From the NCBI GenBank assembly GCA_045807245.1, contig JBJMHS010000073.1:1-64000 (forward strand): 64,000 nt of DNA, read 5' to 3'. The translations under genes and the position numbers were made by a program. Source of the DNA: Actinomycetales bacterium (GTDB lineage: Bacteria; Actinomycetota; Actinomycetes; Actinomycetales; CAVURS01). Below the pieces are notes generated by a model that saw nothing but the letters and a program-made list of their open reading frames with translations, was not told the DNA's origin and did no database searches. Below, piece after piece: positions 9,561 to 18,166 of the stretch (position 1 is its first letter; each line of letters begins with the position of its first letter).

Positions 9561-10139
9561 ATGGCCTGGAGCGGTCCGAACACGCCGTATGACGACGAGG
9601 GCTACGCGGTTGGCGGCTCGGAACCGGAGGCGGCATACCCGGAGCCCGCCGGCGGAGCCGCGCCCGACCCCGAGGTCTATGCCCTTGCCTACACAGCGAG
9701 TGTTGAGGCACTGAAGCAGCAGGACACCACACTCGGCAACCTGCGTACCCGCGCCAGCGCCATGTTGGCCACGGCCGCTCTGGGTACCAGCTTCGCGGCC
9801 GGACTGGGCCTCTTCTCCACCGACACCACGAAGGGCCGGACGATCTCCGCGCCGTACGCATGGACGATCTTCGGCAACCTGGTGCTCATCGGAGCTCTGA
9901 CGTTCTACTGCCTCTGGCCGGTCAAGAACTGGGCTTACGGCCCGGACGCCCGCCTGCTGCTGCAGGCGACGGACGAGGACGGGATGAACAAGGCTTCCAC
10001 CCAAAAGAACTTCGCCGAACGGTTGACCGAGTGCCGAACCACGAACGCGCAGACGTTGCGCTGGCGCTACGCGGCCTACGAACTGTCCGTCGTCCTCCTC
10101 GTCACAGACGTAGGCCTACTCATATTGGCTCTGACCTGA
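9561..10139 (+). CDS. Hypothetical protein with about 3 TM segments
   Basis: Acidic N-terminus, amphipathic helix EALKQQDTTLGNLRTRA, then three hydrophobic segments; codon usage appears less GC-biased than its neighbours. Confidence 0.75.
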   Translation: MAWSGPNTPYDDEGYAVGGSEPEAAYPEPAGGAAPDPEVYALAYTASVEALKQQDTTLGNLRTRASAMLATAALGTSFAAGLGLFSTDTTKGRTISAPYAWTIFGNLVLIGALTFYCLWPVKNWAYGPDARLLLQATDEDGMNKASTQKNFAERLTECRTTNAQTLRWRYAAYELSVVLLVTDVGLLILALT

Positions 10140-10151
10140 AGGGCGGCTGAC

Positions 10152-10319
10152 ATGGCGTGGACCGGGCCCAACCGCAGGGGCGACGTACCGCCTGCGGAGC
10201 CTGCACCTGCACCGGCACCTCAACCTGAACCTGAACCGGCACCACCGCCACCGCCGCCACCACCGTCACCCGAGGAGGAACCCGCTGACGGCGGCGACGC
10301 TCCCGAGAAGAGCCGGTAG
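10152..10319 (+). CDS. 55-aa proline/acid-rich peptide (not in the supplied ORF track)
   Basis: Translates as MAWTGPNRRGDVPPAEPAPAPAPQPEPEPAPPPPPPPPSPEEEPADGGDAPEKSR. It shares MAW[ST]GPN and an upstream AGGGCGG with the preceding gene. Confidence 0.6.
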   Translation: MAWTGPNRRGDVPPAEPAPAPAPQPEPEPAPPPPPPPPSPEEEPADGGDAPEKSR

Positions 10320-10336
10320 GGCGCCGCCGACCCGCG

Positions 10337-10418
10337 TGCGGGAGGCGGGACTCGAACCCGCACGTCCGAAGACACAGGAACCTAAATCCTGCGTGGCTGC
10401 CAGTTACACCACTCCCGC
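10337..10418 (-). tRNA. tRNA-Leu (anticodon TAG), CCA not encoded
   Basis: Minus strand reads GCGGGAGTGGTGTAACTGGCAGCCACGCAGGATTTAGGTTCCTGTGTCTTCGGACGTGCGGGTTCGAGTCCCGCCTCCCGCA, with acceptor stem, long variable arm and T-loop GTTCGAG. Confidence 0.96.
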
Positions 10419-10463
10419 TGTGGGCGCTGCGCGCCCGGGACGCACGGCGCGAGCCTAAGGCAA

Positions 10464-10934
10464 CTAGTCCGGCAGGCCGAGCGCCTTGGCGAGCGCCGCC
10501 ACGTGACCCGTGGCCTTGACGTTGTACTTGGCCAGCTCCACCTGGCCGTCCTCGTCGACGACGACGGTCGACCGGATGACGCCGGTCACCGTCTTGCCGT
10601 ACAGCTGCTTCTCGCCCCAGGCGCCGTAGGCCTCCAACGTGTGCTTGTCGGGGTCGGACAGCAGCGAGTAGGTCAGGTGCTCCTTGTCGATGAACTGCCG
10701 CTGCTTGTCGGGCGTGTCCGGAGAGATGCCCACGACCTCGTAGCCGTTGCGCTGCAGCCGTACCTGGCTGTCCCGGAAGTCACACGCCTCCTTGGTACAC
10801 CCGGCGGTCATCGCGGCGGGATAGAAGAAGACGACGAGCTTGCGGCCGGCGAAGTCGGACAACGAGACGGGCTTGCCGTTCTCGTCGTCGAGCGTGAAGT
10901 CCGGCGCCTTGTCTCCGGTGCTGAGCTTGGCCAC
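10464..10934 (-). CDS. bcp: Thioredoxin-dependent thiol peroxidase (BCP)
   Basis: Motifs GDKAPDFTL, FFYPAAMTAGCTKEACDFRD and GVIRST. Confidence 0.94.
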   Translation of the reverse strand: MAKLSTGDKAPDFTLDDENGKPVSLSDFAGRKLVVFFYPAAMTAGCTKEACDFRDSQVRLQRNGYEVVGISPDTPDKQRQFIDKEHLTYSLLSDPDKHTLEAYGAWGEKQLYGKTVTGVIRSTVVVDEDGQVELAKYNVKATGHVAALAKALGLPD

Positions 10935-11024
10935 GAGGTCTCCTTGTGCGGGCTGGTTGGCGGGCAGATGGGATGCTGACCATGATTGCCTACGAACCGG
11001 ACCGACCGAACGAGGGAGTACGCC

Positions 11025-11300
11025 GTGCCGCAGACACCAGCGCAGACACCGGCGCAGATCGAGGCCGAGATCGAGGCCACCCGCGTGCGCCTGGCCGGTA
11101 CCGTCGACGAGCTGACCACCCGCGTGCAGCCCAAGGAGATCGCCCGTCGTTCGGCGCAGGACGTGAAGGCCAAGGCGTACTCCGCGACCCACACCGAGGA
11201 CGGCAAGCTGCGCACCGAGCGGGTGGCCGCGGTCGGAGCCGCCGCCGCTCTGCTCGCGGCGCTCGCCGGCCTTCGGGTCCTGCGTCGCCGCAGGGGCTGA
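11025..11300 (+). CDS. DUF3618 domain protein
   Basis: PAQIEAEIEATRVRLAGTVDEL plus a C-terminal TM; usual position between bcp and the GroES-like gene. Confidence 0.85.
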   Translation: MPQTPAQTPAQIEAEIEATRVRLAGTVDELTTRVQPKEIARRSAQDVKAKAYSATHTEDGKLRTERVAAVGAAAALLAALAGLRVLRRRRG

Positions 11301-11346
11301 GCGGGCGAAACGACACGAGACCAGACGAGACGAGACGCGCACGCCG

Positions 11347-11718
11347 ATGGTTGACGCTGTGACCGAACCTCCCCCGACCGTGCCCAGCCGGACACCCGAC
11401 AGCCCCGGCCTACCGGTGCGCATGCTCGGCGACCGCGTGCTGGTCTCGCAGGACGGCGAGCCGGGCGAGCGCCGCAGCGGGGGCGGCATCGTCATCCCGG
11501 CGACGGCCGCCGTGGGCAAGCGGCTGTCCTGGGCCACTGTCGTCGCCGTCGGGCAGCACGTCCGTCAGGTGCAGGTGGGCGACCGGGTCCTGTTCGACCC
11601 GGACGACCGCGGCGAGGTCGAGCTGCACGGCCGCGAGTACCTCCTGCTGCGCGAGCGCGACCTGCACGCCGTCGCGTCGGCCCGGATCGACTCCGGCCAG
11701 ACCGGGTTGTACCTCTAG
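11347..11718 (+). CDS. GroES-family co-chaperonin paralog (no adjacent groEL)
   Basis: Motifs MLGDRVLV, RSGGGIVIPATA, VVAVG, VGDRVLF and YLLLRERDLHAV. Confidence 0.88.
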   Translation: MVDAVTEPPPTVPSRTPDSPGLPVRMLGDRVLVSQDGEPGERRSGGGIVIPATAAVGKRLSWATVVAVGQHVRQVQVGDRVLFDPDDRGEVELHGREYLLLRERDLHAVASARIDSGQTGLYL

Positions 11719-11785
11719 CGCCCTGCGACGACGCTCGCGGCGACATCCGGTGCGACCGAGAACGCCGGGTCTGTGGGACGCGCGC

Positions 11786-12283
11786 TCAGTCGGAACGTCC
11801 CGTCGACGCGCAGTCTCGGCAGAGTCCGGACAAGGCGACGTGGCCGGGGTCCAGCACGAAGCCTTGGTCGGCCTGCAACCGTTGCGCCGCCGGAGCCAAC
11901 ACGTCGTCCGGCAGGTCGATGACCCGGCCGCAACTGTCGCAGGTGGCGTGCGCGTGCGGCCCGGTCTCCGTGGTCAGGTGGTACATCGTGGCCGCGCGGC
12001 CGGAGTGGATGTGCTGTACGACGCCGAGGTCAGCGAGTGTCTCCAGGGCGCGGTAGATCGTGGACCGGTTCAGACCGGGGTACGCCCGGCTCGCTTCGTG
12101 CTGGATCTCCTCGGCCGACAGGTGCTCCTCGGTCCCGGCGAGGGTGGCGACCACTGCTCGCCGCGGCTGGGTCATCCGCTCACCGCGCGCTCTCAGCCCG
12201 GCGGCGACGTCGTCGACGACGGTGTCGACCGGACCGGGTCCGCGCCCATCGCCCCTTGACGGAGTTGGGTTCGGGGGCACCAT
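11786..12283 (-). CDS. Fur-family transcriptional regulator
   Basis: Motifs RMTQPRRAV, HLSAEEI, STIYRALE, HAHATCDSCG and GLCRDC. Confidence 0.92.
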   Translation of the reverse strand: MVPPNPTPSRGDGRGPGPVDTVVDDVAAGLRARGERMTQPRRAVVATLAGTEEHLSAEEIQHEASRAYPGLNRSTIYRALETLADLGVVQHIHSGRAATMYHLTTETGPHAHATCDSCGRVIDLPDDVLAPAAQRLQADQGFVLDPGHVALSGLCRDCASTGRSD

Positions 12284-12331
12284 GCAGACCATTGTGCGGC
12301 GAGCGTCGAGGCCCGGGCTACAGTCCGCCCG

Positions 12332-13729
12332 ATGGCGGACTACGGACATGCGCTGCAGTTCGGCTGCTTCCTGCCACCAGCGGCGGCCGCAGCCCGCGAG
12401 GTGCTCGCGCTGGCTGACGAGGCGGACGCCCGCGGCCTGGACCTGGTCACCGTGCAGGACCACCCCTACCAGCCCGGCTTCCTGGACGCCTGGACCTTGC
12501 TGTCCGTGATCGCGGCCCGTACGACGCGCGCCACGGTCCTGCCGAACGTCGCCAACCTGCCTCTCCGGCCGCCCGCCGTGCTCGCCCGCAGCGTGGCCAG
12601 TCTCGACATCATCAGCGACGGCCGGGTCGAGCTGGCCGTGGGCGCGGGCGCCTTCTGGGCTGCCATCGAGGCGATGGGCGGACCGCGGCGTACTCCGGGT
12701 GAGTCGGTCGAGGCGCTCGAGGAGGCCATCGCGATCATCCGCGCGCTCTGGTCGAACGAACGCACGCCGCGCATCGACGGCCGGCACTACCACCTGCACG
12801 GCGCCAAGCCCGGTCCGGTGCCCGCTCACGCCGTGCCGATCCACGTCGGCGCGTACGGCCCGCGGATGCTCCGGCTGACCGGTCGTCTGGCCGACGGTTG
12901 GCTGCCGAGCTCCGGATACGCGCCACCCGAACGGCTGGCGGCCATGAACGCCATCATCGACGAATCCGCCACTGCCGCAGGTCGATCCGCCAGCGACGTC
13001 CGCCGCCTGTACAACATCGACGCCAGCTCCGAGGCCGTGGACCGCTGGGCCGAGCAGCTGGCCGAGCTCGCACTGACCCATGGCGTGAGCGGGTTCATCG
13101 TCACGGCCGAGCTCGGTGGTCGGTCCGCTCTGGCGCGGTACGCCGAGGAGGTGGCACCCGCCGTACGCGCCCTGGTCGCCGCGGAGCGCGGCGAGCCCGC
13201 CGACTGGGACGAGTCGACCCGTCCGCACCTGCCGACGGAGGACCATCCCTCGTACGGCGACGGCACGGCGCTGGTCGAGATTCACGACCACCTGCGCAGC
13301 GAGCTGGACCAGGTCGTCGACCTGGTCGGACAGGTCGCTGACGGCGCGCTGGATGTCGCGTCCGCGCGGTCCGCGATCAACCAGATGACGATCCGCCAGA
13401 ACGCCTGGTCGGTGGGCGCGTACTGCGAGAGCTACTGCCGGGTGGTCACGGTGCACCACACGATCGAGGACGTGCGGATGTTCCCCGGGCTGCGCGCGCA
13501 GGACGAGCGGCTCGGGCCGGTGCTCGACCGGCTGGCGGCCGAGCACGGCGTCATCCACGGGCTGCTCGACGACGTGGACCACGCCCTGGTGTCCCTCGTG
13601 ACGGACCCGACCGCTCTCACCGCGCTGACGGTCGCGCTGGACCGGTTGTCGCAGCGGCTGCGCTCGCACCTGCGCTACGAGGAGGAGCAGCTCGTCGGGC
13701 CGCTCAACCGGCACGGCATGGGCATCTAG
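12332..13729 (+). CDS. LLM-class flavin-dependent oxidoreductase fused to a C-terminal hemerythrin domain
   Basis: LLM motifs QDHPYQP, NVANLPLRPP, GAGAFW and GRLADGWLPS; hemerythrin ligands IHDH, HHTIED, EH..IH and HLRYEE. Confidence 0.88.
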   Translation: MADYGHALQFGCFLPPAAAAAREVLALADEADARGLDLVTVQDHPYQPGFLDAWTLLSVIAARTTRATVLPNVANLPLRPPAVLARSVASLDIISDGRVELAVGAGAFWAAIEAMGGPRRTPGESVEALEEAIAIIRALWSNERTPRIDGRHYHLHGAKPGPVPAHAVPIHVGAYGPRMLRLTGRLADGWLPSSGYAPPERLAAMNAIIDESATAAGRSASDVRRLYNIDASSEAVDRWAEQLAELALTHGVSGFIVTAELGGRSALARYAEEVAPAVRALVAAERGEPADWDESTRPHLPTEDHPSYGDGTALVEIHDHLRSELDQVVDLVGQVADGALDVASARSAINQMTIRQNAWSVGAYCESYCRVVTVHHTIEDVRMFPGLRAQDERLGPVLDRLAAEHGVIHGLLDDVDHALVSLVTDPTALTALTVALDRLSQRLRSHLRYEEEQLVGPLNRHGMGI

Positions 13730-13772
13730 CGCCGGCCTCGATCTCCGGCCTCGAGCCAGCGGGACGGACAGG

Positions 13773-14957
13773 TCAGGGGGCGCCGGCGCCGGCGGGCAGG
13801 GACAGCTCGAACCGGCAGCCGCCCGGGACGTTGGCCACGTCGATGGTCCCTTCGTGCGCCTCCACGACGCCGCGGGCGATGGCCAGGCCGAGCCCCGCGC
13901 CGCCGTCGTCCGGGGTCCGGTCCGCGGCACCCCGCCAGCCGAACTCGAACAGCCGCGGCAGGTCCGCCTGCGCGATGCCGCCGCACTCGTCGACGACGGC
14001 CGCCCGCACCCGGCGGTCCGGGCCGCGGTAGGCGATGAGCCGCACCCGGCCGCCGCGGGGGGTGTGCCGCACGGCGTTCGCCACCAGGTTGGTCAAGGCT
14101 CGCGACAGCTCGTCGGAGTCCCCGACGACGACCAGGCGGTCGTCGTCGGGCGTGTCCAGGACGACCCGCACCTCCCGCGAGCGGGCGTGGTCGTCCACCA
14201 GGGCGGCGACCTCGTCGACCAGCTCGGTGATGCTCACCGACTTGAGCCGTCGGGACAGCTCGCCGGAGCTCAGCCGGGACAGCTCGAACAGGTCGTCGAC
14301 CAGTCCGGTCATCCGCTCGACCGTGGTGCGCATCCGGGCCAGCGCCGGCGTGGGGTCGTCGATGACTCCGTCCTCCAGCCCCTCGGCCAGGGCGCGCAGC
14401 CCGGCGAGTGGCGTCCGCAGGTCGTGCGACATGAACGCCACCAGCTCACGGCGCGCGGCCTCGAGCTCCTGCTCGCGCCGGCGCGACTCGTCCAGCCGGA
14501 CCCGGGTGCGCACCAGCTGGTCGGCCAGCTCCGCGATCTCGGCCGGCGCGTGCCGGCTCAGCAGGGTCGGCTCCGGACCGGCCGCGGTCGGCGGGCTGCC
14601 CTCAGGGGCAGGCCGGCCCTCGTCGTACGCCGACCCCAGCGTCCGCAGCTCGGCGCCCAGCGCGCGGGACTCGCGGGCGAACCGCCGGCCGAGCAGCACC
14701 GACAGCAGCGCGGACAGCACGGCCGAGCTCAGCACGGCCACGAGCGTCACCCGCGAGTCGTGGTCGGAGATGAACATCTGCCGCACGTTGAGCAGCACGG
14801 CGAGGCTCACGCCGAGGACGGGCACCAGCGAGGCGAGCAGCAGGGACACGGCGAGCGAACGCCGCTGCACCAGGCGCAGGGCCAAGCCGCCCACGAGGGC
14901 GGCGACCCCGACGCCCAGCAGTGACAGCAGCAGCATGTCCCACGAGTCGCGGCTCAC
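13773..14957 (-). CDS. Membrane sensor histidine kinase
   Basis: H-box SHDLRTPL, N-box NLVANAVRH, and G boxes DECGGI and GAGLGLAI. Confidence 0.93.
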   Translation of the reverse strand: MSRDSWDMLLLSLLGVGVAALVGGLALRLVQRRSLAVSLLLASLVPVLGVSLAVLLNVRQMFISDHDSRVTLVAVLSSAVLSALLSVLLGRRFARESRALGAELRTLGSAYDEGRPAPEGSPPTAAGPEPTLLSRHAPAEIAELADQLVRTRVRLDESRRREQELEAARRELVAFMSHDLRTPLAGLRALAEGLEDGVIDDPTPALARMRTTVERMTGLVDDLFELSRLSSGELSRRLKSVSITELVDEVAALVDDHARSREVRVVLDTPDDDRLVVVGDSDELSRALTNLVANAVRHTPRGGRVRLIAYRGPDRRVRAAVVDECGGIAQADLPRLFEFGWRGAADRTPDDGGAGLGLAIARGVVEAHEGTIDVANVPGGCRFELSLPAGAGAP

Positions 14958-15667
14958 GACGCGTCCTGGTGATCTGCGTCCTCCGCGAACCGGTAGCCGA
15001 GGCCGCGCACGGTCAGGATGAGCCGCGGGTCGGACGGGTCGGCCTCGACCTTCTCGCGCAACCGGCGGACGTGCACCATGACGGTCGAGTCGTCACCGAA
15101 GTCCCATCCCCAGACCCGGCGCAGCAGGTCGCGCTTGCCGAAGGCCTCGCCGGGGTGCGTAACCAGGAAGGCCAGCAGGTCGAACTCCCTGGGCGTCAGC
15201 CCGACCGAGATGCCGTCGAGCGTCGCCACTCGGGCGGCGGTGTCGACGACCAGTGGGCCGCGAGTCACCTTGCGGGGCAACAGGTTCGCCCCGTTGCGTT
15301 GCTCGTCGCGGCGCAGCAGCCCTTGGATCCGCAGGACCAGCTCACGCGGGCTGAACGGCTTGGTCAGGTAGTCGTCGGCGCCTACCTCCAGCCCGACGAT
15401 CCGGTCCTCCTCGTCGCCTCGCGCCGACAGGACCACGACGGGCGTCGTGTCCGCGTCGCCCCGCATGCGGCGGAGCAGGTCGAGCCCGGGCAGCCCGGGC
15501 AGCATCAGGTCCAGCACCACGAGATCGGGTCGCCACTGCTGCCAGACCCCGGCCGCGACGGCGCCGTCCGCGACGACCCGGGGCTCGAGGCCGGCCTTGA
15601 GCAGGTACGCCTCGACGACCCCGGACACCGTCCGGTCGTCCTCGACGACGAGTACGCGCGCTGCCAC
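14954..15667 (-). CDS. OmpR/PhoB-family response regulator
   Basis: Motifs VLVVEDD, LDLMLP, GADDYLTKPFS, LTPREFDLL, VHVRRLREK and TVRGLGY. Confidence 0.95.
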   Translation of the reverse strand: MAARVLVVEDDRTVSGVVEAYLLKAGLEPRVVADGAVAAGVWQQWRPDLVVLDLMLPGLPGLDLLRRMRGDADTTPVVVLSARGDEEDRIVGLEVGADDYLTKPFSPRELVLRIQGLLRRDEQRNGANLLPRKVTRGPLVVDTAARVATLDGISVGLTPREFDLLAFLVTHPGEAFGKRDLLRRVWGWDFGDDSTVMVHVRRLREKVEADPSDPRLILTVRGLGYRFAEDADHQDAS

Positions 15668-15777
15668 TCCGGCAGCGTAGGGCGAGGCTGCGCCGCGCCG
15701 GGTGCTCGTTTCGCCTGTACGACGAGGTCGTAAGCACCTCGTCAGGAGCCCTGGCGTCGCGGCGAGGCCCCTTCGGC

Positions 15778-16914
15778 CTAGCCGGCCAGCGCCAGGGCCT
15801 TCTCGACCGCTTCCTCCGGACTGGGCAGCCGCTCGATCTGCGACCGGATCTTGCTCGCGGCCAGCTCGAACCGGACGTCGCCGAGCAGCTCGGAGACGGC
15901 CTCCTGGATCGACGCCTCGTCGTGCTGGTCGGCGGCCAGCCGGAGGCCGGTGCCGATGCCGGCCGTGACCGACGCGACGTCCTGCTGGCTCTGGTTCCGG
16001 CCGGGAACGACCAGGTGCGGGCGCGCGTGCATCAGCGAGCCGAGCAGCCCGCCGGCGCCGCCGTGCGAGACGACCAGGTCGACGTACGGCAGGACCTTCG
16101 ACTGCGGCAGGTAGGTCGCGGCCCGCACGTTGTCCGGCAGCACGCCGAGGTCCTCGACCTCGTTCGGGCCGGTGGTCACGACGACGGACCCGACCAGCGG
16201 CGCGATCGCGCGGCTGAGCAGCCTCAGCTGCTCGACCGAGCTGTACGCCGGGTCGGCGCCGAGCGTGACGTACGCCGCCGGCCGGTCCATCTCGATCAGC
16301 CAGACCGGCGTCCGTCCGGTGCCCGGGCCGTCGAAGGCGACCCCCCGCACCGTCGCCACCTCGTCGATGCCACGCAGCCCGCCGAGCTGGAACGGCGGGG
16401 GACAGGCGTCGAGGTACAGCGCGCCGACGGTGCGCGGCTCGACCTCTTCGATCTCCGGCAGCCCGGCGGCTGCGGCGTGCCGCCGCCACAACGGCGTGAG
16501 CCGGTCCACCGCCTCCGCCCGCTCGAACGGCGAGCGGGCCGGGGTCGCCCAGGAGTGGGTCACGCAGGGGATGCCGAGGTGGGCGCAGGCGAGCACGGCG
16601 GCGTACTCGCCCTCCTCGTGGACCACGACGTCCGGGCGCCACTCCTGGCCCAGCCGGAGCAGGTCCTCGATCACGGCGCCGGGCCACACGTCCGTGCGCA
16701 GCCGCTCGGGGTGGGCCGGGTCCGAGGCGGCCGTCATCGTGCGGACCAGCGGGCCGATCGGCCGGGCCGGCAGGCCGCACGTGATGGCCCAGGGCACCAG
16801 ATCGGGAGCGGTCGCCACGCAGACGTCGTGTCCCGCGGACCGCGCGGCCAGGGCGAAGGGGGCGAATGCATGGAAGTGGCCGATGGCGGGGAACGCGGTG
16901 ACCAGGACCCGCAC
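15778..16914 (-). CDS. GT1-family glycosyltransferase (EryCIII/MGT-like)
   Basis: Motifs GHF...ALAARSAGHDV, YVTLG, YLPQ and VSHGGAG. Confidence 0.88.
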   Translation of the reverse strand: MRVLVTAFPAIGHFHAFAPFALAARSAGHDVCVATAPDLVPWAITCGLPARPIGPLVRTMTAASDPAHPERLRTDVWPGAVIEDLLRLGQEWRPDVVVHEEGEYAAVLACAHLGIPCVTHSWATPARSPFERAEAVDRLTPLWRRHAAAAGLPEIEEVEPRTVGALYLDACPPPFQLGGLRGIDEVATVRGVAFDGPGTGRTPVWLIEMDRPAAYVTLGADPAYSSVEQLRLLSRAIAPLVGSVVVTTGPNEVEDLGVLPDNVRAATYLPQSKVLPYVDLVVSHGGAGGLLGSLMHARPHLVVPGRNQSQQDVASVTAGIGTGLRLAADQHDEASIQEAVSELLGDVRFELAASKIRSQIERLPSPEEAVEKALALAG

Positions 16915-17107
16915 GTGCGACCTCGATCCCTTCGATCCCGAGCTTGGCGGCTCCCCGCCGCCGTCTCAGGGTCTGGGACCGGACGTCGCGCAGGGTAGTT
17001 GGGCATTCACCCTAGTGAGTGAACCTGAGGGTCCGACAGGGCCGTTCGTGCGTCGGATCGCCGCTCACGACTCAGCGTCGAGCCCCGAGCGTCCGACAAG
17101 CAGTGGT

Positions 17108-18166
17108 ATGGACCTACGCGCGGGCCTAGAGCCGCGTGACCCGGACGCTGCTGTACGCACCGCCGGGCTCCTCGTGTTGCTCGGGTCCGCCGTCACGCTG
17201 TTCTTCGCCGTCCTCCAGCCGCCGGCTGGAGGCACGGCCGGGCGGCTGGCGGCGATCGGGGTCTCGCTGGTCCTGCTCGCCCTCAGCTTCGTGCTCCGCC
17301 GGATGACGACCACCTGGCCCGTCCTGCTCTGGGTCCTCACCCCGCTGCTCGGCGTCGCGACGATCGTCGCGCTCGACCTGGCCACTCTCGACGCGTCCGC
17401 CGCCGGCCAGGTGTTCCTGTGCCTGCCCGTGCTGTACGCCGCAGCCCAGCTGCGCTGGCTCGGCGCCGGCCTGACGACCGCCGCTGCCGTCGTGGGGGAC
17501 GCTCTCGTGGTGTTCCGGCTGGAGCCGCTCGGACCCGCCATCACGGACTTCGCCTACGTCGTGGCGACCTGCGTGACGATGGCCGCCGTGCTGGTCCGCG
17601 CCCGGAGCCGCCAGGAGGGCCTGGTCAGCCAGCTGCGCCGGGCCGCGGCGATCGACCCGCTCACCGGCCTGGTGACTCGGCGGGTGCTCGACGAGGCGGC
17701 GCACGCCGCGATCGTCGGCGGGGCGAACGACGACGGCACCGCGCTCGTGCTGATCGACGTCGACCGGTTCAAGTCGATCAACGACACCTATGGGCACCCG
17801 GTCGGCGACGCAGTCCTGGTCCATGTGGCCGAGGTACTGGCGACCCAGACGCGGTCGGACACGGTGATCTGCCGCATGGGCGGCGACGAGCTCGCCGTCC
17901 TGCTGCCCGGCTGTTCGAACGAGGTTGCCGTGCGGCGCGCGCACGAGCTGCTCGACGCCGTCCACTCGCATCCCTACCTGCTGGCCGACGGAACGCTCAT
18001 CGCCATCTCGGTGAGCATCGGGGTCGCGCAGGTGCCGACGCACGCGGCGGGTCTCGAGCCGCTGTACTCGGTCGCGGACCAAGCGCTGTACCTGGCCAAG
18101 CGGGGCGGTCGCGGCCGAGTCAGCGCCCCGCCGCCGCGCGAGGACGCCTCAGTCACCCGCCTCTGA
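17108..18166 (+). CDS. Membrane-bound GGDEF-domain protein (diguanylate cyclase-like)
   Basis: About 6 TM segments, then DPLTGL, DVDRFKSINDTYGH, RMGGDEL and ADQALY.AKRGGR. Confidence 0.9.
   Translation: MDLRAGLEPRDPDAAVRTAGLLVLLGSAVTLFFAVLQPPAGGTAGRLAAIGVSLVLLALSFVLRRMTTTWPVLLWVLTPLLGVATIVALDLATLDASAAGQVFLCLPVLYAAAQLRWLGAGLTTAAAVVGDALVVFRLEPLGPAITDFAYVVATCVTMAAVLVRARSRQEGLVSQLRRAAAIDPLTGLVTRRVLDEAAHAAIVGGANDDGTALVLIDVDRFKSINDTYGHPVGDAVLVHVAEVLATQTRSDTVICRMGGDELAVLLPGCSNEVAVRRAHELLDAVHSHPYLLADGTLIAISVSIGVAQVPTHAAGLEPLYSVADQALYLAKRGGRGRVSAPPPREDASVTRL

Noticed and set aside
11309..11340. GAGAC pentamer run between DUF3618 and the GroES-like gene
   Set aside because: A short microsatellite with no functional evidence.
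11347..11718. GroES-like gene without groEL
   Set aside because: The bcp-DUF3618-GroES-like arrangement is a familiar actinobacterial block, so it is not unusual.
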